A stretch of 63,970 nt of DNA from Rhina ancylostomus. Its lineage: Eukaryota. The stretch covers positions 51,567,701 to 51,631,670 of the forward strand of contig JARFYF010000112.1 of the NCBI GenBank assembly GCA_030265395.1. The letters are read 5' to 3'. Positions within the stretch are counted from its first letter, which is position 1; each line of letters opens with the position of its first letter. Of the stretch, positions 1 through 12,632 are shown in pieces. The notes under the pieces are model-generated. The model was not told the DNA's origin. It did no database searches and worked only from the letters and a program-made list of their open reading frames with translations. The translations under genes were made by a program, and so were the position numbers.

Positions 1-675
1 AATTCCCCCCATTTTCACATATCCCTCATACCCACCACTGTTCCCTTAACACACTTCTTTGTTAATTCTCACTCCACTTCGTTCTTTAACATCTTCCTTA
101 GTCTTAACTCCAGCAACATTTCTCAGCTCTATCGTTCATCCATTCATCATCATCTGTTCCCATCAGCCTTCTCCGTTCTTACGCCCTGACTGTATATCCA
201 CAGATCTTCTGCCTCCCAAAGCCAACTGTAGCAGATCCGGCTGCAATATTCAAATGAAGGCACTGCTTTGTCGAGCCAATGTTATATTTCCCGTCTGCAC
301 CGCAGTGTGTGAATGAACAACAGTGTTTTCCCACATCCTGGTGCAAATGCCATTTTGTATTATATAATTGTAAGCAGACATTATGATGACAACTGTATAC
401 ATATACCAGTTTTGAAAGGATATTGAGAATTCTAATGCTGATAATTTGAAAATGTAAAATATAGCTGCATGGGTCATTTTTAAGGATTCTGCATGTGCAC
501 TTGGTTTTCAAACAATTATGTTCATTAATGAGAACTAGCATCCGGTGATGTCTTTAATGTTACAGATTGTGACTGTATGTGTATGATTGTTTGGATGGGG
601 CACCTGTATGACATAGGGAAGTGGGAACAAAGTGCGAATGTGCCTTTCCATGTAGAGAGAGGGGATTTGTTATGG

Positions 676-677
<2 letters not shown>

Positions 678-732
<55 letters not shown>
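678..732. repeat. (TG)n microsatellite
   Basis: Uninterrupted TG run followed by a short CG/TG mixed tract. Confidence 0.95.
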
Positions 733-735
<3 letters not shown>

Positions 736-1315
736 GCGCGTGTGTGCGCGCGCACACGTGGGGAGGGAGCTGGTAAAATATAATGGGCGGAATACCATTT
801 AGTCGAAAGTACGTGGGCATCTAAACCTCCAGATATTTGTAAAGGTCATGGTCGAAAAAGTTTAATGGCGAATATATATTACTGCAAAAATAAAGCAGCG
901 CGCAGACGAATAAATACATTTAAATTTTCTTCAGCCTGTTGTGCTCTGCGATTGTGAGAAATTATACTAAGGTAAAGGACCAATCTTCAGTAGGTGTGGA
1001 CAGTAAATAACAGGTAATTTAACAGAATGTCGTGAAAACAAAACTAGGCTGACAAAGACATGGCGGAAGTGTTTCTAATGGAGTAGAATATTTCAGCGAC
1101 CTTGGCAGACCGAATGTTAAGATTCTACCTTGCATCGACCATAAAATTCTATGTGAAACTTACGTGGGTACAGCTATTCAAGGTACAGCTGAAAATGACT
1201 GTTAAGCTGTAATTAAACATGTTTTACTTTGGCTGAACAATCACAAATTATTGCCTTGACGAATGAGCTGAATGTACGTTCGAAGTTTAATTGAATATTG
1301 ATTGTTTTCCAACAG

Positions 1316-1630
1316 ATAATTTGAAGTTACGGCTAGCCGACGGCGGAAGTTCATGTGCGGGACGAGTGGAGATATATCATGCTGGATCTTGGGGTTCAGT
1401 TTGTGGCGATTCCTGGGATACGACTGACGCTGCTGTGGTTTGCAGACAATTGGATTGTGGGGATGTTTTGAAGACGAATATGGCTGATGATTGTGGAAAA
1501 AGCTCAGGCCCAATTTGGTTGGATGAAGTGAACTGTACAGGAAAAGAATCTTTTATCTGGCAGTGTCCCTCAGCACCTTGGGGTAAACACGATTGTGCTC
1601 ACAAAGAGGATGTGATGGTTATGTGTTCAG
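1316..1630 (+). CDS. Gene A: group-B SRCR domain exon (CD163/WC1/DMBT1-like receptor)
   Basis: ttttccaacag| acceptor and cag|gtaaag donor, 315 bp, phase 1-1. Translation LKLRLADGGSSCAGRVEIYHAGSWGSVCGDSWD...VVCRQLDCG...IWLDEVNCTG...WQC...HDCAHKEDVMVMCS has all 8 group-B Cys plus one extra. Confidence 0.93.
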
Positions 1631-2549
1631 GTAAAGATTCGCTTATTTTTTGAAGTGTTATGTGTGAAATATCACCCAGGAAAATTTAGGAATAAGCTTA
1701 TCTAAACAGCATTGCCGTCCATGTATCCTCCAGCGCTATTTAAACAAGCGGCCGTTCCATTATTTTTCCGCCTATGATTCTCTTTCATCATCTCTTTGGC
1801 ATCCATGTTATATGCATCTACACTGTACTGCCAAGATCCATATTCAAGCAGGTCAAAGTAAAATATATACTTATCAAATATGGACTGCATTTATTTGACA
1901 TAGCATTGTGTTTATCACTCTAGTTTTGAAGTCCTATTTTTGTACCATTCTCACTTGGAGTCTTGAGGTACTAATTTAGAGACATTTCTTTATGCACATG
2001 CAAATGGACATGAAAGTTTTTTTTCTCTCAGATTGCCAGATTTCAAAAAATATTTCATGCAAATATGAAAAATGATATCGAATGACACTTAGCAGATTGT
2101 GTTGAGTCCAGAGATGAGAGTTATTAGTGCACAATGGACCACTTTAGCCCAGCCGACTAATTACCCACTACATTTACAACACCCTGTACGTCAGCTAGAA
2201 CAGAGTATATTTGTTCTCCCAGTCAAATCCCAAACTGGTGACATGTGTGGAATCTCCTTTCACCCTTAACTCCCAACAGTAGAGGCAGCAAAAGAATGTA
2301 TTTTACCGTTCAAAATCTTCAAATCCAAACAAAATTTTACAAGCTGATAAGTCTCAAGTGACCAGTGCTGTGTTAAATTCTCCATGCTCTTGGTCTTCCC
2401 AAATTGTTACTTTCGCCCAGCAGTCCAGCAGTGTTTGTAATATCAGTTCCGGGATGTATTTTAAACAATATTTTGTACAGTTAGCATCTTACTATATTTT
2501 CATAGTTTTCGCTCATAAAATTAGCAATTCTCCACGACTAAAATAGAAG

Positions 2550-2772
2550 TAAAAACAAACTGCGGATCCCGTAAAGCTGAAATAGTTTCAGTAAATGCTA
2601 AAATCAATCCACAGAGCAGGCAGCGTCAGTGGAAAGGAAACTGAGCTAACGTTTCAAGTTGAAGAATTTTCGTCAGAACAATCATATCTTCGGCATGAAA
2701 TGTTGTCTCTCTTTTCTTTCAGTAGATGCCAAATGACCTGTGAAGCAATTCCTGAGAAATTATGTTATTGTT
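2550..2772. mobile_element. Degenerate palindromic non-autonomous repeat (Penelope-associated type)
   Basis: Imperfect inverted arms (aaatgct...gcaggcagcgtcagtggaaaggaaac / ctctcttttctttcagtagatgcc...tgacctg). Related fragments at ~22390-22600, 32190-32290, 33330-33400, 43550-43610, 46395-46540. Confidence 0.45.
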
Positions 2773-3009
2773 TTAAACAATTAATGATTCAAAACAATCA
2801 CGGTCTTCTGATACAACCATGATTAATATTCAATAAGGCAAAAATAGAGCCTCCAAAAACTTCCTACCAAAGACTTCCTACCAAACTCAGAGAAGCTCCA
2901 TAACAAATATAAACATCCACAATTGTGATTACATTCTCTCATTTTACCGGGTCAAAATTCTTAATTGTTCAGAAAACATGTGGCTGTCTATAGCTCAATA
3001 TTATATGTT

Positions 3010-3080
3010 TTTCCTATGAAGAGCTGCGAGCTGTTTTGTTTTATTTCCTATGAAGAGCTGCGAGCTGTTTTGCTTTATTT
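3010..3080. repeat. Direct tandem duplication, ~34-bp unit
   Basis: ttcctatgaagagctgcgagctgttttg(t/c)tttat occurs twice in tandem. Confidence 0.9.
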
Positions 3081-3477
3081 CTGTCGTATTTTTATGTTAT
3101 ATATTGCTCCCTTGCAATTCTCACACGACTTTGGCCATACAGCTGCACATGCACTTGACAGATAATTTACGTTTATTCTAAACCTTTCATTTCCTCGCCA
3201 AAACTTAATGGTTATGATGCACAATCAAGATTCCGACATGACTCTTGGTTGCCGTTTCTGCACTTTCTTCAGATTATTCCATCAGCTTTGGCAAAATTTA
3301 TCTAGCATTCTTTGAAATAAATATCGTGTTTTCTCCCTGTATGTTTCAAGTGCTTCGAAGTGATACTTTTAAAATAAGTTATCAGTGAACATAACGGGTA
3401 CCAATTGAAATGCGCAGTGTTAAAGCGCAACAAAAATGTCGTCCGAGACTACCGCAAATGTCCCGTTTCGTTGACAG

Positions 3478-3795
3478 GGCACAAAGACTTACGATTAGTG
3501 AATGGAAAACATCGCTGTGAGGGAAGAGTAGAGGTATTCTACAATGGGTCCTGGGGAACAGTGTGCTCGGAATCACTGGACCCAATTGATGCTGAAGTTA
3601 TCTGTAAGCAGATGCATTGCGGTCCCCACGAAAGGATTCAATATGATGTTCAGGAATTTGGAGCAGGATCGGGAGATATTTGGCTCGATGATGTGACATG
3701 TACTTCACACGAGTTGAGGCTTTGGCAGTGTCAGTCAAACCCGTGGGGTGAACACAACTGTCAGCATTCGGAAGATGCAGGTGTTATTTGTTCAG
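3478..3795 (+). CDS. Gene A: group-B SRCR domain exon
   Basis: ttgacag| acceptor and cag|gtaaca donor, 318 bp, phase 1-1. [29 protein letters not shown]...VICKQMHCG...IWLDDVTC...LWQC...[14 protein letters not shown], 8 Cys. Confidence 0.93.
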
Positions 3796-3877
3796 GTAAC
3801 ACAACGAACAACTCAGATGATAGCATCATTTCAAATCATGATGTTTAAGTAACCTACGTCATTTCCTTTCTCAACAG

Positions 3878-3955
3878 AAGCCAAGTTGCCAGAGGGGCAG
3901 TTCAGTTTAATGGACTGCTTTCGAGAACCTGGTACTGTGCCCAGGCATTCGACAG
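3878..3955 (+). CDS. Gene A: inter-domain linker exon
   Basis: tttcctttctcaacag| acceptor and cag|gtagat donor, 78 bp, phase 1-1, open (EAKLPEGQFSLMDCFREPGTVPRHST). Conserved with the same splice sites at 23416-23493. Confidence 0.75.
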
Positions 3956-4044
3956 GTAGATTAGTTATTCCGTTCACTAACCCACCTATCTGGTCTGTAT
4001 TCCTTCTATTTTACTCGAAACAATAACATAATTCTCTTTGATAG

Positions 4045-4370
4045 AATCCGGGCAACAGATTCGTCTTGTAAAAGGTAACACCGAATGCTCAGGGAGGGTT
4101 GAGATATTACGGAATAACAGCTGGAACACCGTGTGCGATGACTCCTGGGATATATCTGATGCTCAAGTTGTCTGTAGACAGTTGGGTTGCGGCCCTGCTC
4201 TATCGGCCCCGGGAAGTGGCGCCTTTGGGCAGGGTGACGGTGTGATCTGGCTGAATAAATTGAAATGCACGGGAAGTGAATCTTTTCTTTCCGACTGTCC
4301 TTCCTCGCCGCCAGGGCTGCATGACTGTGACCACAAGGAAGATGCCAGTGTGATTTGTTCATCACGTTTT
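4045..4370 (+). CDS. Gene A: membrane-proximal group-B SRCR exon
   Basis: ctctttgatag| acceptor. [46 protein letters not shown]...[14 protein letters not shown]. The |gtaagt donor at 4371 is phase 0 and matches the phase-0 TM exon. Confidence 0.9.
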
Positions 4371-5126
4371 GTAAGTTATCAGAATTGAAAATATTTTTTT
4401 TGAATGGGTGGCTTTTCTTTCAGTCACATTTTTCAGCTTGTACATTTCGGGTGGCAATGTGAATATTATCCAACATTCTGTACCATGCCCGCGTTCCTAC
4501 CATTCCACAAAATTCCGTCCAAGCTCATTAATTTAGCCGAGTGTAAAATTTCTTCTCCATTTTCGCTTTCGCTGTTAATATACCCGACGTAAGCTGGACG
4601 AGAGGTCTTGGGATGTATTAATTTGCAAGGTGGCCACCACTTTTGTGCATACCCGTGGTGAGCATTCCCAATGACTAGGTTTCGTTGTTCACAAGAACGC
4701 GTGGCCATGGTAACTGGTTCCTCTCTCGTGAAGACGAAGCGTTGAGAATAGCTCTGATATACATATCAACCGGAATTCATTATTTTTGATGGTCTTCTGT
4801 GAAATGGGTTGGCTACGGATTTCCGCTGACAATATTCACATTTGCCAATATTTTTAATCATTCGTGCGGTCTGTCCTTTTCATAGAATTCCCTTAAAACT
4901 TATTATTTCTGGTCATGTTTTACATCAGAACTACTAAAGGTATTTCGGCTACAACGGTCACTCGTTCTGTCACAACAGATATTGGGGGATATCCACTGTA
5001 TGACTTCCTGCACTAGCTGGTTGCTATGCTAATAGCTGCGTTTAAAGTAATTGATCATGCAAGGCGTTTGCAATTCTGTTTTTATTAAACAACGAAAATA
5101 ATATTAACCGTTGTTCTTCTTAACAG

Positions 5127-5238
5127 GGACGAACTGCTATCTCTATCCCTGTTATTGTCTGCTTTTTACTCGGATTTCTTTTCGTCTGTGGATTGTTCGC
5201 ATTGATCTTGGTAACGTGGAGAAAGTCAGAAGGCAAAG
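5127..5238 (+). CDS. Gene A: transmembrane exon
   Basis: ttcttcttaacag| acceptor. GRTAISIPVIVCFLLGFLFVCGLFALILVTWRKSEGK is a hydrophobic helix followed by basic stop-transfer residues. Ends at aaag|gcaagc (GC donor, phase 1). This frame is not in the ORF track. Confidence 0.82.
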
Positions 5239-5730
5239 GCAAGCGTCTATTTATGTCTTTGAATTAACACTGATTTTTAGAAGTTGTTTCTTATTCAGTT
5301 GCGACTCCCTGCTCTTTGCTGTTTTCCAAGTATGGTGGAGATTTGTTATAAGCATACATGAGGCAGCGCCTGGCGCTTTATTCCAAATCATTTACCAAGG
5401 CACCATCATGTCATTACTCTGCTTCTAAATTGATGTCGCTCGACCAAGTCCACTAATATCGCCCAAATGGATTTTATGCCCATTGTCCGGCAATTCTTTG
5501 TAACTAAGCTTTCCATCTACACTCACTTTTCTTCTTGGATTTAACTTGATCGAGAATCCATTCTGGGCTAACTTGCAAATGCGCACGCGCGCTCACAACA
5601 CAAATCATCCATATACAGTCGACCTAAACCTTGCACCCGATTGAATGATTAAGAACCATAAACAGATCACGAGCTGTTAATCATGCGTCATATAATTCAA
5701 AATGCACTACATCTGCCTTCTCTCCATCAG

Positions 5731-5838
5731 ACGTTGTCGCTGGCCGGTGGGTTTCCCGCGCTGGTTTGCACCAAGTTGTTTATGAGGAGATTGAAGATAA
5801 TCCTCGCGATACTCAAGTTGTTCAGACACAAGGTTCAG
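5731..5838 (+). CDS. Gene A: cytoplasmic exon with VVYEEI tyrosine motif
   Basis: ccttctctccatcag| acceptor and cag|gtttgc donor, 108 bp, phase 1-1. DVVAGRWVSRAGLHQVVYEEIEDNPRDTQVVQTQGS. Confidence 0.82.
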
Positions 5839-6881
5839 GTTTGCTTTACGTTACTTTCGAATTTTCACCTTGCAACTGCCTTATCTCTTTATTAACCGCC
5901 TTAATCGTTGGTGTACTGACCAGGTGTGAAAAATAATCTACTTACTATATTCAACGGTGCTCCTGCGCCTAATTGACAAACTCAGAGCGTCGTGTGAGTT
6001 TTGAGAGGGGACGTACTTTTTGGGCATATGGCTCGGAAAAAATGTGGTGATTTTCCCTTACTTCACCGTGCAAGGAAAGGACGTTTATTTTTATTTTGCT
6101 GCGGTGCCCGGCATCCCATGTGTATGTGACACCATGGAAGATAGGCAGTGTTTTTGAGATAATTATCTCATACATGCAGCCTCCACCAAGTCTTGGTGTT
6201 ATTTTTATCGGTTTTCATCTTTCATAAATAGATTGATTACCTGAGTGAGATTCTCAACAGCAAATAATTTCAAATGTTTAACAACTCAGCCGAAGGTGGT
6301 TGTGCTCTGTGGTCTCATTTCCAAATTATTCAACGCATAAATAATCAATTTCGCTGAACTTAGCAGTATGTTCGGAAAAAAAAATCCATCAATTACGCGA
6401 AATCTGTCATAGGATGGGGCATGTATATAAAGAAAATGTGATCAGAAATCCCCCAGTTGAGTACTCTAAGTTTCATTGTGCTTTGGTTTTCTTTCTCCCC
6501 ATCTACATCTCTTCTGCTGAGGGCGGTTGTTTTTTTGTTCAAATAAAGATATTATACCATGAAAAATATAAAATGAAAATTAGCAATGGAATGGGAGAAT
6601 GATATATAAACTGAAACAACAGAGATTGCATTCAGCAATATTGTTCTATAAGAGTTTATTTGCGCCGTCATATATCTCAAAGCTCAAGTTGGCCAAAGAT
6701 GTAAATCACCTAAGTATTTGATGGATGAGTTAAAGGCGTACGTGAAGTTAAAGCGCAATTTAATCTTTAGCCTGGCTAGTGAAGATTGTTGTACAACTTT
6801 CTTCTACCTTCCAATGCAACAATACCGCGAATCCTGTCTCCACATCTAATTTTAGCTAAATGAAATTTTGTTCCTTTCAAG

Positions 6882-6938
6882 ACCTGTGTCTTGACAGTGA
6901 CGGTGATGCTCACATGGCAAACAATGACTGGTTTGATG
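6882..6938 (+). CDS. Gene A: candidate further cytoplasmic exon
   Basis: tttgttcctttcaag| acceptor and gatg|gtaatt donor, 57 bp, phase 1-1, acidic DLCLDSDGDAHMANNDWFD. Homologous acceptor at ~24808. The 3' boundary is uncertain. Confidence 0.4.
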
Positions 6939-7222
6939 GTAATTTGGTGATGGTCAGTGAGAGACCCATCAGGCATCTTTTCAAAGCTGTGTTGAAACAC
7001 AGCGTTTAGCCATCGATAAACAGTGTACACTCATTTAAATGAAATGCACATGTGTATGTAAAATCACTAATCTTACAACCACACACATCCGTCGTCAACC
7101 TATTAAACTAATAATAGTCTATCAAGTGAGTCCCTNNNNNNNNNNAGAACCCAGGCAATGCCATCCATTCCCTTCATTGTGACAATGGCTATATTCATTT
7201 TGACATGTGTATAAATTTGCAG

Positions 7223-7257
7223 ATTCCGCCGCTGAGAGACACAGAGAGACGGATTGA
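7223..7257 (+). CDS. Gene A: candidate terminal coding exon
   Basis: aaatttgcag| acceptor, phase 1, DSAAERHRETD-stop. Supported only by splice phase. Confidence 0.25.
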
Positions 7258-10064
7258 AGGCATTACCTTGCCTGCATATTGACCGTAAGAGGACATTTTG
7301 TCATTATTTTTTAGTTTCATATATTTCCTGACAATGTACATGAAGGGTATGACAATCCAGGAAAATAACAGTTGGCTAAGACAGGCACAATGACATCAGT
7401 ACTTTAGAGCTTCTTGAAAAGAATATAAAATGTAGAGGGATGACATCAAACAGAACATAAAGATACAACATAAGAGTGTGAAAATAAATTCTACCAAGGA
7501 AAATTACAAGGAAAATTACTTTTTTGCATTCACTTAGAGCAGAAAGAAAACTGGGGAACAAGTCGGAATGATAGAGTATCTGCAAAAATGTATGGAACTC
7601 GATCGTGTTCTTTAGGTTACAAACGAATCGATTTCAGTAAAACTGACAACATGAAGGGGGGAGGGATTGACACGTACCTAATGGTGCTCGGGTTCCTGAC
7701 ATTGAAATAGCCGAAGAATAGTGTAAAATTGTGAATGGATAAGCACAATTAAAGAAGGAAAATCAATAACCTCAGGATATTTTGAAGGACATATATCAAC
7801 AAGTTAGGATGAAGCAAGCCAAATCTGTCATAACAAACCAGGGAGGGAATTTCCAAAGGCACTGACTGTAGCTCGTCCCCGCCTCCCGCCGTGCCCGGGT
7901 CTGGGAGAGTTGTACCATAAATTTGGTTTACTGATGACATTGTGCCATTGTTTAAGGAGGGAGGAATAAAAGGCGAGTGGTTTTAACTTCAATGACGAGT
8001 AATTTTTCATTGGAAAGAACTGTATGCATCTGTGTAAGTCAGAAAGACACCGTTCAGTCAAGGACAGCGAGGGCTAATGTGTTGTGAGAAATCACTACCT
8101 TTATAGTCTGATTGAAGGAATGCAGGAAAAGACATACAACATTCATTCTGCTCACAAGAGTGCCAGGTAATACATTTAGAAAAATACAATTAGCCAATCC
8201 ATAAAGAACGGTGAGCTTCATAAATGTTTTTTTCCATAAAAGTAACAGAAATAAAGGTTTGTCAAATTAGATAAGAAGCATGGGGATTGCCGTTATTAAT
8301 TGACCGAAAGAAAGGACTTAAGAACAGGAACTTATGTCCAAATGCATGTAACCTAGCCTGGCCAACATACGATCACTGCTGAAAGTTCTGGTGCCATATA
8401 ATTTTAAAAACTGCGAAGGCAAAAGGAGGGCTTTTGTAGAATTAAACGAATATTGCCAAAATGTTACAGTTGTAGATTTTCGGCAAATATTCGATTATTT
8501 GAGTATGTTTTCTTTGGACCAGAGGAGTTTGAGGGGAAATTTAATTCATGAAATGTGGTTGAAAAGGACGTTTTCACCCAGAATGTGATCGGGGTCTCGA
8601 ATTCACAGTCTGAAAGGATGGTGGAGGCATATCATTAAATTTACCAAAAATGAATGTTCTCTTCAAAATTATGAACATGCAGGAAAATGGACCAGGTGCT
8701 AGTATTGCTTAAGGTTGGGCTGCTCTTTACTACTTCGACGTGCACGAAAGTCCAAATGCCTTTTTGTATTTTTTGTGATTTCATGTGTTTCACTTCTGTC
8801 TTTGATTGCAGTGATTGCATTTTCCATAACTGCAAGAGAAAACATGCTGAATTTTGCGTTAATATAATATAATTATTGATGGGAACATGCTGAGAGCCTG
8901 TTACGATCCCTGGTAAACATCATGCATTTCAATGGCTTGTGTCTTTAATTTATATCTCAAGATGGATCTTTATATTTACTTCCAGGTAAATGAGAACATG
9001 CAGTCCGGAGTGCATTTTCAAAAAGCGCACCACTGATGAGAGTAAACATTTGAAATTACATTAACAGATATTGTTAATTTGCTTATTGTCCAGCAGCGTA
9101 ACTGGACTGAATCTGCATTCCTTTGCAATATAAACACTTGTGGATCTCAATTTCCGTTATTATCGCCTCTGCTACATTTACTACGTGGATTTTCTCAGCA
9201 AATTGTAGAAAATTATGTTTCGTGTATTCAAACATTAAAAGAGGATTTAACGCATCATATTTACTGCCCGTTTTATTCTCGCAAATCATAGACAGCTAGC
9301 AAATGGGAGGAGGAAAACGCCACACAGTTTATCGAAAGTGATCACTCATGAAAAAGATCAGGGTATTTAATACCACATTTGTTCTCTCTCCCCAACCTAT
9401 TTCATGCGCTTTAAATCTTGAAATATATCGTCCTTTATGGATTCCCTTGTTACATATTATAAACAAAATGACGTCTTAATTATTCAATGACTTTGATCTG
9501 CATCTTTTAAGTTACTATTCAAATCATACAGTTGTACTGACAAACATCTTTCTGCATCCCTAATAAAAATTACACCGTCCGCAACTACGTTTCGTTGTCT
9601 CAACTACCTTCTACAGCTTCTTGTGCTGCATTTTGTTTGTTCATCCTTCCCTTAATCGCACAGTTGTCAAGGAGGCTGAAATAAATTCCCATTTATTGTT
9701 AAAGTGCGTGTTCTGGGGCTTCCTCAACACCATATCTGAATTTTGCTTAAATGCTTCACCCTTCTCCTCAACCCTCTCCTTGTTACCCCGTTTCCATACA
9801 CACCCTGTTGTTAAATATGCAATCTTAGAGGCGTGGCTCCTCCTGGAACAAATGTTCCAGGTAACCTTCTCCTTCCGCGAGTAATGCTTGTTGTCTGGAC
9901 TCCAACTCATCATCATGGTGCCCAAATTACATGAATAATCGCCATTTACAGCAGTTCAAGTGTCCTCGCACGAATGCGTTCACGAGCTCCCATGGACATC
10001 CAGTTTACATTGAATACGTTATCAAATTTAGTATAGTAATTTGTATTTTTTAAAATATATGTTC

Positions 10065-11785
10065 AGAGGATCAAAAGATAAAGGAACATAATCAGGCTAT
10101 TTGGCCCATCGAGTCTGCTCCATGAGCTAAACTAAAAACTATTCCATTCTAACCCCTAATTCCGGCCTTATCCCCATATCCATTGATAACACGACTAATT
10201 AGATACCTATCTATCTCCTCCTTAAACGCCCACAATAACGGGGACTCCACAGCTGCAGTTGGCAAAGAATAACATTATTTCACTACCCTCTGGCCAAATA
10301 AATTTCTTCTCATTTGTGTTTTATACCGGTACACTCTAATTCTTGGATTGTGCCCTCTCGTACTGGACTCACCACCAAGGGAAACAGCTTAACCACATCT
10401 ACTCTGTCCAGTCTTTTGAACATTTTGAATGTTTCTATGAGGTCCCCTCTCATTCTTCTGTAGTGCAGTGAGAACAGTCCAAGAGCCGACAAACGTTCTT
10501 CATAAGTAAGCCCTTTTTTTCCGGGAATCATCCTCGTAAATCTCTTCTGAACCCTCTCCAGCATTAGCACATCCTTCCTAAGATATGGGACCAAAACTGC
10601 ACACAGTATTCCAAATGAGGCCCCACCAGTATTTCATAGATCCTCATCGACACTTCTCTACTTTTATTCACTACACCTCTCGAAATGAATGCCAACATAG
10701 CATTCGCTTTCTTTACCGCCGATCCGACCTGGTGGTTGACCTTTGGGGTATCCTACATGAGAACCCTCAAGTCCCTTTGTACTTCTGTACTTTGAATGTT
10801 CTCCCCATCTAGATAAAAAATGCCAGTTCATTTCTTTTTCCAAGGCGTACAACGACATATTTCTTAACATTGAATCCTATCTGCCATTTCTTTGCCCATT
10901 CTCCTAAGTCGCTCTGCAACCTTCTTCTTTCTTCAATACTTCCTACTCCTCCACCTATCTTGATGTCATCTGCAAACCTAGCCACAAAACTGCTTTGGCC
11001 ATCATCCAAATCATTAATGTACAAGTAAATATAAGTGGCCCCTAAAACGACCCCCAAGGAACATCACTGGTAACCGGTAGACAACCAGAACAGGATCCCT
11101 TTATTCCCACCCTTTGCTTTCTGCCTACCAGCCAATGATCAACCCATTCTAATATCCTACATATAATTCCATTACCTTTCAGCTTATTAATAAGCCTCTT
11201 ATTTAGCACCTTGTCGAAGGCCCTTTGGGAGTCTAAATACACAACATACACACCTGCTTCCTTATCCATCCTACCTGAGATTTCATCAAAAAACTCTAAT
11301 TGATTGGTCAAGCAGGACCTTCTCTTCACTTAACCATGCTGGCTTGGACCTATCTTGCCTTGCACCTCAATGTATTCCATAACCACATCCTTGAGGATCG
11401 ATTCCAATAACTTTCCCATCACAAATGCCAAACTAATAGGTCTTAAATTTCCTTTATGCCGTCTCCCACCTTCCTTATACAGTGGAACTACACTTGCCAC
11501 CCTCCAGTCATCCGGAACCATGCTAGAGTACATTGATTCCTGGAAAATTGTCACCAATGCCTCCGCAATCTCTAAAGCTACCTCCTTCAGAACTCAGGGG
11601 TGCATCTCATCCAGTCGGGAAACTTATCTGATTTTAGTCCATTTAGATTTCCTAGCCCTTCTCTCTCGTGATCTTGAATGAACACGGTTCTATCCCCTGA
11701 AACACCTATCAGGTATATTGCTGATGTGTTCCACAGTGAAGGCTGATGCAAAATATTCATTTAGTTCCTCTGCCATCTCTCTGTT
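10065..11785 (-). mobile_element. CR1-clade LINE, 3' part (degenerate RT ORF2 and 3' UTR)
   Basis: Minus-strand fragments DWRVASVVPLYKEG, SQHG, SCLTNQLEFFDEI, VVYLDSQRAFDKV, YINDLDDG...FADDIKIGG, LERVQKRFTRMIPG...RRMRGDLIETFK. Frameshifted. Confidence 0.92.
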
Positions 11786-11885
11786 NNNNNNNNNNNNNNN
11801 NNNNNNNNNNNNNNNNNNNNNNNNNNNNNNNNNNNNNNNNNNNNNNNNNNNNNNNNNNNNNNNNNNNNNNNNNNNNNNNNNNNNN

Positions 11886-11965
11886 AGGAAGTATCCTGAC
11901 TCCAGTCTTGTATCAGTGTGCCGCATTTGGGTTCTCTGTGAGTTTGCTCCGGATCAACACTGACA
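11886..11965 (+). mobile_element. 3' end of ~406-bp LTR family (next to gap)
   Basis: Reverse complement of 56801-56882; ends in ...actgaca. Confidence 0.8.
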
Positions 11966-12374
11966 AAACCACTGATTTAGTGCTTACAGTACAAATATTG
12001 GCCAATACAAGTGTGTCTTTAGGGTGTCTTTTTGTCTTTTTGTTACTAAATAACTTTGGTTTTGTTAGTGCGGTTAGATTCTGTTTAAAAAAATCCAATT
12101 TGTTAACATTCAATATGTATTATTTCTGTTTATTAATATAATGTATTGCGATTTCAAGTGTAATTCAATACAATGTATTTTGTGACATTTTGTGCTTAAT
12201 TTCATGTTTTTTATATTTTCCATTTGGAATTCATATAAATATTGAGTAAGAAAAAGAAAAGAGTCTGTCGCGGCGGTAATCAATGGGTACTTCTGTCGGT
12301 ATTCATCAATGCGAAGGTCTTCGAGGTCAGTGAACGCAGAATGTCGCATGTAATGTACTGGATCATTTTGAAAT

Positions 12375-12632
12375 TCAGGAGGAGTTAGTGCTGATCCTAC
12401 TGAAAAGCATTAATTTGGATAAGTCCCCTGGTCCTGATGGATCATGTCCCAGAATACTGAAATAAGCAAGTGCTGACATTACTGGTGCTTTGACAACGAT
12501 CTTTCTGTCCTCGTTAACAACAGTCGAAGTACCAGGGGACTGGAGAGAATCAAATGTTGTGCCTTTGTTCAAGAAGGAAATAGGTATATCCGGGTTACTA
12601 CAGGCCAGTGAACCTCACGTTAGTGGGAGGAA
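12375..12632 (+). mobile_element. CR1 ORF2 fragment
   Basis: Encodes DKSPGPDGSCPRILK...VPGDWRESNVVPLFKK. Confidence 0.85.

Noticed and set aside
525-820. ORFs with HTHTHT / CVCVCV repeats
   Set aside because: They are translations of the (TG)n microsatellite.
3010-3080. CRISPR-like repeat
   Set aside because: Only two adjacent units with no spacer, in a vertebrate intron; a simple tandem duplication.
4929-5017. Thr-rich frame TTKGISATTVTRSVTTD as a possible mucin-like stalk exon
   Set aside because: The acceptor phase does not fit the phase-0 donor at 4371 and no clear donor exists; the SRCR and TM exons already join in frame.
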